This document shows, in pieces, positions 39,018-52,578 of a DNA stretch of 64,000 bases. The position numbers and the translations under genes are program-made. A model generated the notes under the pieces. That model was not told the DNA's origin. It searched no databases and saw nothing but the letters and a program-made list of their open reading frames with translations. Positions within the stretch are counted from its first letter, which is position 1. Each line of letters starts with the position of its first letter. Origin of the DNA: Geosiphon pyriformis uo1 (Eukaryota > Fungi > Glomeromycota); NCBI GenBank assembly GCA_016748015.1, contig JAAOMT010000749.1, forward strand, positions 35,023 to 99,022. The letters are read 5' to 3'.

Positions 39018-42000
39018 TATTCTTATATTCACCCTTTTTAACGATGTGAAATTTTCAAATTTAAGAAAAGATTATCATGTAGGAATAGAATATTATTTAT
39101 TATTTATAAAATACGTTCACGAACAAACCATTCAATTTTGATCGAGAGCCTTTTTGTGAACTATATTTATGGAAATATTTTAGCCAAACCAATCTGTGAG
39201 AATTAATATTTAGTCATTTCATGCTTCTTCACACACTTCTTTTTGAAAAAAATTTAGTTGTAAGGCTCAAAATGAAATTCTGGAAATTCTTGTAATTTGG
39301 CATTAAAATCTCTAATGTAATATATATTAGGGAATTTTATATGTTAATTAGCAAGAAAGAACTCTAAATTATTTTCGATAAAACTTTTGCTAAATCAGGT
39401 TATGTTTTTGAAATTAACTACGTCATTAAGCTTCTTCAACCATACTTTATGAGGTAACTAGCATTTAGATCTTGAAATTAGAGCAAATCCTAAAAATTTA
39501 CAAGCACTTATTTTCTCTGACCAACTTTTTTTTCTGATGAAACAACGAACAAAGCGAGTTTAAATTTAATTCCTCATAAAAATTTGAAATTCTTTAAAAA
39601 CCATTTATTTACATAATTTAATTTTCCCACAGTATAAAACGAAACCAAATGGATTGATAAGAAAATTTTTTTTTATAACAGAAGCAAACTTTTATTTTTG
39701 TTAGAAAAATATAGTTTTTCTTCATTTTATTTACCATTTATACAGATAATGAATACAATTTTTTTTAATAAATTGAAAACCAGTTTTCTTGAAGGAATTA
39801 TCAAAATAATATTTAACAATAGATCATGTAATTTCCAATATATTGATCAAAAGAAATAACGACCACCTTTTTAATTTCAAATAAATTTCTTTATGCATAA
39901 GAATAATTTATTTTATTTTAATCTATTACTGATAAATATTTAATTATTTTAATATTTAAAAATTCTAAATCCCTCGAATTTCACCCTAAATACGGTTTCA
40001 TATATATGTTCTTTATAGAAAGAAATATACAAGCAGACAAGTTGGTGCACAAAAAAAAATTTATTTATAAAAAATATTTAAAAATTAAAGAAGATATTGG
40101 GAAATTTATTAATAAACCATCCAGGAATTATGTTATTTTGGGTTGAATGATAGTAAAAGTCTTATAATTCAATTTAATATTATTCATAAACCAACATATT
40201 ATACCAACATTCAAAATTCTTTTTTGTGAAAATTGAACCAAAGAAACATAATATTTAATAAAGTAAATTTAATAATATATTACTAGTACTAAGTTGTAAT
40301 ATAGAATGTAATATAATAGGAAAAAATTGTCATATAATTAGCACCAAAGTCTTTGGTTTTTAAATCCTTTATAAGAAACATAAACCTGAACAAAGAGAAA
40401 ATTAGACTTATTTTTTCCGTGTACAATTCCTAAATAAAAAGATTTAATTTTTTTTTTGTATTTTATTTCTTTTATAAACTACTCTATGACCTGAACAATT
40501 TGATACAAATATTAGATTTTTGGTTAGCTCCCGTTGAAATTGCTCAGATAATTTTATCAATCTAAAATTTGATTAACTAATTTCATAAATCAAATGCTAT
40601 TTTATTATTTTGCTAAAATAAGAATTTTCGGAAAAAAGTCAGAGAAAATGTGTATTTATACAACCTTTAAAATATAATTTACATTCCGAGTGGCTGAATA
40701 ATAGTCTCAAGAAAAATTTATTCCATGAACTTGGCTAGCACGTTTCCAGTATTTGAAACAATTCTAAAAAATTGAATGAAAGAAAATTTTAAAGAATTTC
40801 AGCTCTGTAAAGAAATCATGATACATTCCTTGCACTTATAACTTTTTAATTGTAGTTTCAAATTAATATATTGGTTCTGAGAATTTAAAAGAATTCCAAT
40901 TTACAGGAAAGAAGCAAAAAATGTCGTAAAAGTAAGACAAATATGAATGGTGGCAAATCCTTTAAGAAAAATTTAAATTTTAACAAAAAATTTATTTTAA
41001 ATAATGGGACAATAATAAGAATTTTGAATTAGTATTATTAATGAAATAGTTTATCACAATAAATTTTTATAATAAACTAAACTAAACTTATAGCAAGATT
41101 ATCAAAAGAAGCATTATAATCTTTTCCGAGAGCAATAATGTCTATTAAAAAATATAACTTACTTATTTATTTATAAAATCAATAACAGGTAAGAATTTTC
41201 AATTAATTAATTAAAGATTTATATTTGTTAATACTATTGATATTTGAAAATATTAAAACTAATTAAAAAAAATAATGGACAATTTTTTAAACATAAATCC
41301 AAAAGATTCTTTTATTCAAGATATCTTAATTCCAATTCTATAATATATAATATAGCATTTCTTCTAAAAAGCTTACCATTCTTTTTTACTAGCTCTACAT
41401 TATTCTTCAAAAGAGCCCAAATATTCTCAATAGGGTTGTGCTTTGGATTATAGGATAACCACAGCAGAACAAAACACGAAGGTCTTGTTTAGAGATCATC
41501 ACGCATATTCTTATTGGAGGCTTGAAATGTAGCCAAGCCTTGAAAGCTTGTACCAAACAGTTTATTTATCAATCTCGAATCCTAAATCTATTTCTTTGAG
41601 CGCTTTGATTTCCGCTGTCGTAACAAAATAATTTCCGTGCGCGATTTTGCCGACCTGACGACGTTTGCGAGAAGCTTATGAGCAGCCGGAATGATGAATA
41701 TCTGAAATTCACCAGTTTTTGCAAAATAAGGAAATGTAATGTTGACAGGAACAAAGGGAATACCAGTTAATTTGGCGATTTTGGTCAAAAGTACTTAATG
41801 ACTTCACCATTCAATTTTACAGGGTTAGGATGCATTAGTTAGGTGAAAAAATGGGTGATAACGGGAATAAATGAGGTTTTGTGACATCAGGAATAATCAA
41901 AAATAAATTTATCCGTTGGCCTTTCCTACGAGGAGGTTGGTAACTCGACGAATTTTTGCTAATAATATTTTCATCATTACTTCCCAAATTTTTATTAATA

Positions 42001-42955
42001 TTAATTTTGTATAAGATAAATGAAAATTGATTATTAATCATTAAAAAAAACTATCCAGAACATAAAATGCTATGCTCTATCTTTTAAACAAATTTATAGA
42101 TTATAAATAAATCGATTACTTTTATCATATTTTATAATCATGAGATACATTGCATTTGTGTATGTTTGAGTTCTGATGTAATTAGCCCTCTTGGCAGCAA
42201 ACTAATCTATTTTGGCAATCGTTCCCAATGAACCAGGTTTTAAGGGAAGTTTTAATTTGTAGACAAAATTTTTGGACAAAAATGACAATTTCATAGTTGA
42301 ACAACAAATAAAAGATCGAAAATTTACTTTTCAGATACTTTTTATTATAATCAGCTTTGTTATCACTCCTTTCTCTCTCGTGCGTGACACCACCGTCATT
42401 TGTTTGGGGTAATGATTGTGATAAGTTGTTAAACCAGTTTGATTCGGGGATTTCAATCAGTAATAAATTCCGAGATGATAAATTAAAATTGTCGTCTATA
42501 GTGATAAAAAGCTTAAACAAAGGTTTCCTTTAATTGCCCAGCCACCCTCCGGAACAGGATATCTGATATACCCAATGATGTGCAGGAACACACATTTAAT
42601 AATTAGCGATTGTCCTCGAGAAGTCATTTTCCTAAAAAGGGAATATCATGGAAAACTCATGTTAAAAAAGCTGTTTCTAACCCCAAGCTTCTCAACGCAT
42701 ACATTTTAATTTTTCCCTTCCATTCATCCATTTTTTTTTGTTTCTTTTCTTCTCAATAAGCCTTAGATAAAACCAAACAACTACCTAATTTTTTCGTCAT
42801 CAGCCGAATATAATATAATCATTAGAAAACTAGTTCGAATAGGAGTATAAATTAATACAATGCTTTACGCATTACAATAAAAATCAACTGTAAAAACATA
42901 AAATAATTAATTCTCAAACTTTCTTATTTCCAAAACTCTTCTACTTTTCGTTGAA

Positions 42956-44801
42956 ATGGCTACTCCTCCACAATCAAGTTCATCACCTCCTAATGAATCA
43001 AATACAAATTCATATCTTGAGGAGACCTCAGATATAGATTTACCCCTTACACACTCTGATGAATCTCAAATATTCTTTGAGAAAACAGAAAAAGGATTTT
43101 GGAGTCGTCATTGGTGGAAATTTCTCGTAATTTTGATAATCGCATTAGCTGGTACTGGAATTGCTGTTTACTTTCTCTGGATAAAACATCATAATGTTAA
43201 CTCTTCCAAATCAAAGTCGAACAATCCTGTGGATTCTAAAAATTCTAATACCATTTTTGATGATTCAAAAGCACCAAATAATTATACTTCACCCTTGAAT
43301 CGTACATTTCCTTATGGAAAACAAGCGATAAGAGGCGTAAATATTGGCGGTTGGCTTGTGCTTGAACCTTTTATTACACCTTCCTATTTTCAAAATGCGA
43401 TTGTTGATGAATGGACTTTGTGTGCTACCCTGGGCCCTGAGAAGGCCATGAAAACTTTAGATCATCATTATTCAACTTTTATCACTGAAGCTGATTTTGC
43501 TGAGATGGTAAAATATGGGTTAAATCACGTTCGAATTCCACTTGGGTTCTGGGCGGTGGAAATTTTATCTGATGAACCTTACGTGCCTAAGCTTAGTTGG
43601 ACTTACTTGTTGAAAGGTATTGAATGGGCAAGAAAGTATGGTCTTAGGGTATTAGTTGAACTACATTCTGCACCTGGAAGTCAGAATGGATGGAACCATA
43701 GTGGTATGTAAAAAATATTCTGAAATGGAGATTTTCACATTTGAAAACAATATCACTAATGCCAGACATGGTAATAGAACAATGCTAAAATTATTCTTTG
43801 TAAATCCTAGGAAAACAAGGAAACATTAATTGGATTCAAGGAACAAATGGTAGAGCAAACGCTGACCGTACCCTTCGTATCATTGCAGCTTTAATTAGCT
43901 TTTTCAATCAACCTAAATATCAACATGTCATTCCCATGTTTGGAGTATTGAATGAACCTCGCATCGGTTACCAAGGCTTGGGATATAACGATGTCAAACA
44001 ATTCTATCTAGATTCCTATAAGCTTATTAGAAATATCACGGGTAATGATAAAGAATTTACGCCATGGTTGGTGTTTCACGATGGGTTTGCTGGACTGGAT
44101 GCCTGGAGTGGTTCCATGAAAGGAAGTAACAGAGTTGCATTGGGTAAGCTTTATAGGGCACTAATTCTTTGAAAAAAGTCCAAAAAATTAATTCTTATGA
44201 TTCACCTATAATTTTTATCTTTTAGATATACACACCTATATCATTTTCGACCCGAATTTATTTACGCTTCCTCAATCCAATCTCTTGGTATTCCCTTGTG
44301 CTGTATGGGGTGAAAGTCTCACAAAAAGTACGACTAATTTCGGCCTAAGTATAACCGGTGAATGGACAGTTTCAACTGATGACTGTGCCAAGTACCTAAA
44401 CGGCGTTGGGGGAAGTGCTGGATACGAGGGAAGATGTGAAAATTGTACTTGTACTGGTGCTGGGGATTATAAAAATTACAGCTCTGAAAAGAAGGAATTC
44501 ATGTTACAATTCGCCCAAGCACAAATAGATGCTTTTGAGCATGGTGGAGGTTGGTTTTACTGGACATGGAAAACCGAAAATCATGTAAATCCAACTTGGG
44601 ATTATCAGCTTGGCGTGGTAGGTATTAATATCTCAAAAATGACATAAATATCACCATTGTGAAATACTCATAAAACTATTCTTTTTATGTCTCTTACAGC
44701 AAGAAGGGTGGATTCCCAAAGATCTTCAAAACCGACCCCCTACTTGTAAACAACTTCAACAATTATATCCCGATGTTTATTTAAAATTAAAATCCAAATA
44801 G
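42956..44801 (+). CDS. Glycoside hydrolase family 5 exo-beta-1,3-glucanase-like, type II membrane-anchored; 4 exons (42956-43703, 43811-44143, 44226-44617, 44700-44801; 524 aa)
   Basis: IRGVNIGGWLVLEPFITPS, NHVRIPLGFW, LHSAPGSQNGWNHSG, LNEP (acid/base), FHDGF, DIHTY, GEW (nucleophile), GWFYWTWK. Confidence 0.93.
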
Positions 44802-45094
44802 AAATCATTTTGAGCTATTAAAATTTAGTCAAATTAGTTTTTGACTTTGTAAAAAAATGATGAAATAATTTTCATCCAAAAGCTTAGACGTTGGCATTTT
44901 TAAATCATTATGTAATTTTAAAATCGGACACAGAAGTAATAAAATTTAAACTCTAATCTGAAAAGATAGGACTTTTGCTTTCTTATCAGATCTTCATATT
45001 TCTAACATGATTAATAAATTTGGTAAACATTGGAATGTTCAAAGGTACTTATTTATAGTAGAAGCTACTCAAAGATTTTTCAAAAAACGCCACA

Positions 45095-46600
45095 ATGTCA
45101 ATGACGAAAACCTTGTTTCTATTTCCAAAAAATAGAATCAACAAGCAATTTTTATTCTTTATATTTTGCAAAACTTGTGTTCTCACATTTTTATTGTCAA
45201 AAATATACATACTTTTAATCAAAACTAAAGGGACCTTGGATGAGGGTATAAATTTGTATTTTAATTCACGAGAAAAATTAATGCGATTCAAAGGCAATTC
45301 TTTTACATCTGATCAAGATTTCGCAGGAATTCAAGGTTTTTTTCCATGTTTCTCACAATTAAAATTTTGTAAAATTCCAACCAAACGATATTTTAAAAAG
45401 ACGAACGGTATCAAAAAATAACAAGGAATATTAATACGGAATCAAGCTCGAAAAAACAAGTTCAGCTTGAAACTCCCTTACTTCAACCTGCGAGACAGGT
45501 TGACTTGAGCTTGTTTGAAAGAATGGCTACAGTTGCAAATGGGGCCTATTGTATCTCTCACAATCTAGTTGAGACCCTTTTCAACGATGTCGCTGGTAAG
45601 ATTGGTCTTTGATCTGATCACTTGACATCATTCAATCTGGATCTAAATGTATTTTTACAATTAAGTGGATGCTGTAATTGACATGCAACATCAAGTTATT
45701 ATTGTGGCTTTCAAAGGGAAGACTTTGACAAAAAAAGAATGGCTTAAAAGGCAAATTACTTTGACGAGTTTTCAGTTTGGGAGGTGGCCATATGTTAAAG
45801 CTCAAGTTGACCAAGAATGGTACAAAGATGTTCAGCTTATGATGCCATTTATATTTAAAAGGATAAATTCACTAGTTTTTATAATGAGAGATAATATTTG
45901 GGTCGGAGAGAAAGAGGAATTGAAGTTTGTGAACGTGTTTTTTACAGGGCATGGAATTGGTGGAGGTTTGTGATTTTGTTCAAAAAAATTTCTAATTGCT
46001 GATTTTTAATTTTCCACAATTATTTCTCTTAATGTGAATGAAAAAGCTTATGCAGTTCTTGCCGCGATAAAATTTGAAGACGAAATAACTCGAAAAGAGT
46101 CAAAATTACCGCCAGAAATAGGTGATGTTAGAGCCTTTTCATTTGGACAACCACGGATTGGTTCCCCTGATTTTGCTAGACAACTTAGAATGAATTATGA
46201 TGGATTAATTTATCGCTTAACACATACAAATGATTTTGTACCTCGGATCCCTAATGGAAAAAATAGTGGGTTTTTGCATCATCTCAGGGAATTTTGGATT
46301 GGATACCCAACTTGTGATTGTGAACTTTCAGATAGGCTTAACACAACTCCTTTGATTGATGGTCAATACAGACTTTATGATTGTGAAAAATATTTTGACG
46401 ATACTGGAACAGTAGGTGAAAACATGGTATGTTATCAGTTAAAATTTTTTTGTTATTGTTAGGCTCGAACGAAGTTTTTATCCTCTTTCTCACTTTGCTA
46501 GGCGTGCAACGAAGGGCAGGAAGATACAGAACAAACGAATTTGATTCATAGAGGCCCATATTTTGGTATTAAAATGGGGGAATGTATCCCAGAAGACTAG
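45095..46600 (+). CDS. Class-3 lipase-fold protein D, catalytic Ser replaced by Gly; 5 exons (45095-45335, 45401-45595, 45666-45965, 46047-46426, 46502-46600; 404 aa)
   Basis: Spliced ORF of 1215 nt. Motifs AYC, FTGHGIGG, SFGQPRIGS, THTNDFVPRIP, HHLREFWI, IHRGPYFG. The first intron is the least certain. Confidence 0.83.
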
Positions 46601-46953
46601 CTACAGAAAACCAAAACATTTCACTATGATTTTACAATTAAAAATCATAATAATAATCAAATGATGTTGGCCCTGATTTCTTAAGCTTGAGAAATTAAAT
46701 AATCTAATTAATTTTTGCAAGGGTTGGTCATACAAGCGTGGATTCAAGTAAGACAGGAGCCGAAAAGCAGAATTGAGGGCTTTTCCATTCTCAATATCTG
46801 ATAACCTCTGGAATCCCGATCCCCCATTGAAATTTCCTGGTCTCAAACTTCTTATATTTATACCTTTAGTGTATAATTTGAGTTCATAGAAGGAAATTCA
46901 ACAAATGAACTTTATTATTAGGAGAGCTCTATATACGCTATGTAAAAAAATCG

Positions 46954-49394
46954 TTAAATAACTGATTTCCCGAGTTGATTTCGTAAAGAGATGTCCCTTT
47001 CAAGCTCCCTTAGGGACATGGCCACTTTTTTGGTAAGAGTGTGTTGATAACCATGGGATATTTCTAATATCTTCAAAGAATCTTTCAAGCATCGAATTCC
47101 ATCTTCATCTTGATGAAGGCATAACATTATTCGCGCGCTGACAAGTAACTGGATCCCAATTAGTGGATGAAATTCAGAAAACAGATGCTGATATGCCTTT
47201 ACAAGCTCAAGTGAATGTGACATCGCTGACAACCATTCATGCTTTCTACTCTGGATTTGTACCAGAGATTTCCGTGTTTTAATAATTTGATGGTTTCCAA
47301 TATGAAGAAGTTGTTTTTGTATGTTGAATGCTTTTTCAATATAAAATATTGCCTTGCTTTCATCTGATTATGATGAATAAGGTTAACGAAAGAAAGAAAG
47401 CAAAGCCTTAGAGAAATATTAGTTAGCGTTTTACCTTTATTTTCATAAGAAAAGCCTTTATCATAAAGATCCGAGGCATCTTGAATCTGCCGCTCGACAT
47501 CGGCTAAATCGTATTCGACCAAATTCTCACAACTATTACATTTTACTGAATACTCTTCTTGTGGATCGAGAGTGCCTGAACAAAAGACAGATAAAATGAT
47601 AAGGTGGTATCGATGAATCATACAAATAGACCAAAGTCATTAATACCTGGCGATTCGATAGCACCTAGACAACCTTTCGTTTGGCATTTTAGAGCACCTC
47701 GAGGATCGAAATTTTCTTTTTTCTTTCCATGTAATAAATTAGCCTCAAATTTGACAAAAAGAAGATAAATAGAATGCTGACAACACCTACATCATATGCA
47801 GCACATAACTCGCATTTACACACGAAAAAATATCGCTGATTTAATTCTTTACGTCGTTCGACTGTAGGCAAACCAAGATCTGTATAGGTAATAAAGATCT
47901 AGAAGTAAACTCAAGCATAAGTAATTTTCTACTCTTGACTTCGGATTTTTGTAATAATAAATCAAATCTCAGAAATACCTCTTCATCTTTTTGAATCGAT
48001 CTGATGCTCCTGATCATCACCTTAGACCCCTCAAAAATTGCGAGGCAATTGGGAAGACAAGAATGATTGATCAAAGCAATTTCAGAATAAACTCCAACTC
48101 CGATTCCAATCATCTCTTCATCCAGAATTGAAAAGCTATTGCAAGTTAACTGGAATTACAGGGAAAGTTAATTAATTGAATGGTAATCCTAAATTTAAAT
48201 AAAGAGACCTCACTCTGCAAAACAAGTCTATCATCTCACCCCCTCCCAATATCTCAGCAGGGGAGACACATTCGCGGGTCAGCAAAGACAGTTGGGCAAA
48301 TGTTTCGATTTCTTTGTTTTTAAATTTTTCTCGACCTATAAAAATCAGCGTCAGTAAATTTATTTTTTATCAATAGAGTGACCATTGAACAAAAAAAGTA
48401 ATTCTTTTACTTGTCTGCAAGCTCTCAATCGCCGAGAACTTGGTGTAAAGTCAAAAAATGGAAAAGACATATTATCCAAGGTCTCAATGGAAAAAAATCA
48501 TAATTATAACCTACCGATTGCGGTTCTTTGGATCTTTTTCTGAGGATTCGACAAATTATTCGAATTGAAGCTGGTGGTTGCCTTTTAACCTTATTAACCG
48601 TTTGACATTCATCTTTGTGATATTTCCAGTCTTCCTTTTGACATTGCTCAATATGTCAATAAAAAATATTTTAATTACTTGAAAGAATTCAATTCAGAAA
48701 AGAGGTTCTTAAAATATGGGTACTCACAGTAGAACAATAATGTGTCATGTTACAACTTGAACAACGCATCAACCGCTTGGCTTGGTTGAAACAACAACTA
48801 CATATTTTATCAAGATTTTTGTCATCGACAACGGCTGCGTAAGGCTTTTCTTCCATGATCAATTTACCTCAAGAATCATAATGATTAATATCAACGTTTT
48901 TTTGGTTAGAAAAAAATATATTACCAAAATTATAATGTCTACCAGGTTTTATGAGTTCAGCTGCAAATATTCCTCGCCCTCTTTCTTCAGTTCTCCGCAT
49001 ATAAATATTTTGACGTGCAGAATTGAGTACCTGGTGGTCCATATTATAGGAAATGTTTTTGTTTTGATCACGAATTCCTGGGATTAAAGAGACCTTTTTC
49101 GTTTCAGCTGAAGTTTCCCATTGATTTGAATCTGAAGGTTGAAGCCGTCGTGTGTTAGCTTTGATAGAATATTTTGATGGAGTAGAGTCCTTATAAACAA
49201 TGGAAGAGTTTAAATTAAAGGTTCATTTGAGATTTTCGTATCGATAACACTACCTCATCTATAATTTCATCCATGAAACTGAGACGGGAATTAACCAATA
49301 AATGGCTCTGTCGAGGAGTAGGGTCAACTGCAGGCGTTTCTTCATCGCTTTCGACAAAAACCTTTTCGCGAATATTTCTTTTCTTCTTGGTCAT
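46954..49394 (-). CDS. SET and MYND domain (SMYD-like) lysine methyltransferase, multi-exon
   Basis: Minus-strand exons give RGRGIFAAELIKPG, LIMEEKPYA, MYND (CSCC..LMRCSSCNMTHYCS..CQKEDWKYHKDEC), INHSCLPN, post-SET YFFVCKCELC and a TPR-like C-terminus (LEISHGYQH). Confidence 0.9.
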
Positions 49395-50884
49395 CTTCCG
49401 AAAAAAAGTGATCAGTAGATTGGAAAGAAATAATATAAAATTAAAGGCAATTTTACACACTTGAAATGATAACTTTTTTTTTGTCAACTTTTTACACACA
49501 CATTTAAGTGGTCACATCATCTGTGACTGATGAATACATTTCCATTTGATCTTCACGTGAGACAAATCAAATATGTATATTAATTCCTATTTTTTATTTT
49601 ACATTTTTTGGATATTTAAAATTAGTTTATTTTAATAATAAAGTCAAAATTTATTTAACCTAAGCGATTTTAAAATAGGTGATAATTTTGTATTTTAGAC
49701 AATTTACAAAAACTCGGAAATTAAAAGTTTTTAATAATCGCAAATTCTATTATTTCATCACCATATTAAAAAGGTATTATACCAGGATCAAATTTAGCTG
49801 GTAAATTTCTTCATGTATTAAAGATATATAAATATCACGAGAATTGAAAGCCTTTTTCCAGCCCAAGTCTTTGGAAGGCTTTAAAAAATTCTACTCAGGG
49901 ATGGTAGAACATCATAAATTTTTAGTTTTCAATAATCACATGCTTAATTTCACATTGAACTCCTTTATGAAAAGCAACTTATAGAGAAAAATACATTCAT
50001 TAATAAAATCTTTGTGACAGATAAAGAATCTTTGTATCTAGTCTAATATTCCCTATTTACAAAATAAAAGCGAATTAACTTATTCAACAAATTTATCATT
50101 AAACATAAATGACTCGATATAAATGTTTCAAAATTGGAAAGGGGAGCATTTAAAAAGGTGTCAAAGACAATTTAGCTTAATGATCAAAATTATGAAAGTA
50201 AAATAGCTGGGAATGGGATTGTGAAAAATTTTAAGTTTGATCGTTGAAACAAAGGCTCATTCTAATATTTAAAACTGTAGTTTGACATAATTTATTGTGA
50301 AAAGATGACGGAATTTCTAAAATTGGTGAAATGAAACACTATAAGGCAAGGTCCTTATGTACTGTATATATATTTGTAAACCATATTTGAGTTGACAAAA
50401 CGAAAATCTTTGATGTGAATAATCCAAAAAAGGCGAAGATTTGACTTTTAAATTCGAATACATGACATCGATTTTTCTTTTTTCAACGACTATGGGAACT
50501 CCACTAAATAAAGAAATCTTGATACTACTTGGTTGACAATATCGAAACCAGCCTTATGAAACCAATGTGAGGCGAAAAATTCCGTAAGTTATTAATAGAT
50601 ATAAATTACTATTAGATATAAATTACTAATAGATATATAAGCATCATTTTTAGTTTAATTGCTATAATATAATATTCTTAGGCTAATGTTTTGGAGTTAA
50701 AAAGGAAAATATTATTGTTGCAGGTCACTTGTATGATATAATTTTAGTAAAATAATATATGAGTATGCTCAGAATGTTTCGAAAAATCTTTTGCGAATTC
50801 CATCTAAAGAATTTATTTATTTATATATACCTCGTCTCTCTTAATATGTAGAGAAATTTTCTTTCAACTTAGGAATATTAAAAA

Positions 50885-52328
50885 ATGATTCACTCTATGA
50901 AAACTCCAAATATATTGACACTACTTTTATTTATCACTTTACTTTCGATTTTTAACGAAAACACATTAGCATATCAGAATTTCTCATACACTGAGACGGA
51001 AACAGGGAAAATTGGGATCTATCCAGGGGATACTGGTTCTTTTGATGATGGGACCATAATGTTCAGACTTGCTAAAACGGGAAAAAATGAAAACTGTACA
51101 GATCCAAAACTAAGAATTCGCTTGATACGACCAGATGGAAAAGTTGTTCTAATTGCATTGGATTTCCCTATCCCAGAATTTAATTTCTGCCAAGATATTC
51201 TTCCCTCTGGAATGAATATTGTTATTCTCCCAATGACAAGAAATCAAAGGATTTTAGTCGCCTATTTTGAGAGCAAAGATTTGAAACTGTTTCAGCGCAA
51301 AGGATTGATTCTGAATTTTGAAGGAACTATACAAGGGTAAGAAAGTTACAAAATTGAAAACCCAATTTTCGAATCAAATATAACATTGAATCGCTGATGT
51401 ATTTTTAGAGATCCAATCGATCTATCGCCTTTATTGCCTCCAACTGAAAATCAATTTTTATATACTATTCATCCTAATAAATCTTTGGGCTGGATCTTTG
51501 CGAATAGTTATAGTAAAATGAGAAAGGTGGTGTGGACACAATTTACTGATCCGTAAGTTTGATTTTTTTTGCAATAAAAATGTAAATATATTGATTATTT
51601 TAGTAATTTAAAAATACTTTTTTATTACATTGTATAGGGATACTAATGGAAAAGTAAAAATTCTTCGAAATCGGACATTGAATCTCGATCATTTACAAGC
51701 TCGAATATTTTGCACTCCTGATGGTTCATACGGATTAGCTTACACAAGGAATAATACGCACAATACCACAAACCTTTCAAATAAGTTGAATTTACGATCG
51801 TCATCTCATGTCACATTTCTACGACCTGAATCAAAAAATTTTGAGGGAGAATTCACTCTCTGGCAAACCTCTATGCCACTGGATTCCTTTGAGATTTATT
51901 CTTGCTTTTTTGATCGGTTCATAGTAGGCACCGCCTATTGCATTCTAAAAGTTCAAGTCAAGTCAGAAGGACAAAATTCTAAAAAGCCTTTAATTTTCCT
52001 TAAAATTTCCTTTCTCTCTACCGGGGCAACATATGGAGTCACGAATTTAAGTCAGGTGGTAAAAAATAATTTGGAACCATATTATATATTGTCTCTCGAA
52101 AATGGGGGATATTTATATATTATAGGGATACCCAATAGTTCCTTTATAAGCTTTAATGTTTATGATCAAAACCTCAAGCTCAATGCAACCTCACAGGATA
52201 TCTTTCCAAATCTTGATATCTCTGTGGCTGGAAGTTATTTACAAAGAAATAATACGCTTTGGTTCCTTTCTATAACAGATCACACTTGGACTGTTTCCTC
52301 AGCTTCTCTTCCAAAATTCTTAAACTAA
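50885..52328 (+). CDS. Uncharacterised secreted beta-rich protein; 3 exons (50885-51336, 51409-51552, 51638-52328; 428 aa)
   Basis: Signal peptide (..LLLFITLLSIFNENTLA|YQ) and an in-frame spliced ORF of 1287 nt. Motifs FSYTE, DDGT, CTDPKLRIRLIRPDG, IPEFNFC and FLKISFLSTG resemble the ectodomain of a large Glomeromycotina family as I recall it. Confidence 0.78.
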
Positions 52329-52578
52329 AGGTCGGTCTCTTGGGCTCAAAGGAAAGCATAAGAAATTGCTCCTGGTTTATACTGATAACTGTCAAGGAAA
52401 TAGTATTATTAAAAACTTAAGCGTAATAAGAATTGGGAGCTGTATCCTGACAAAGATTTTCCCTTTGTCATCATTCTAAATGTTGCGAGAAAAATTGTTT
52501 TATTATATTAAGGGCTATTTGTGAGATGGTTCAACAAAAATTTAACAATAAAGATTACTTTTAATGCTAGCATACATA

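Noticed and set aside
39600-42550. AT-rich stretch with coding-like patches and short ORFs (41244-42520)
   Set aside because: Possibly old TE or gene debris, but I recognised no motif, TIR or consistent reading frame.
48782-49464. + strand ORFs of 63-101 aa
   Set aside because: Antisense to SMYD exons. The same applies to most other short track ORFs overlapping called genes or transposons.
50595-50638. 17-bp tandem duplication (TAGATATAAATTACTA[T/A] x ~2.5) upstream of the secreted gene
   Set aside because: Short, low-complexity AT-rich duplication with no support for a regulatory role.
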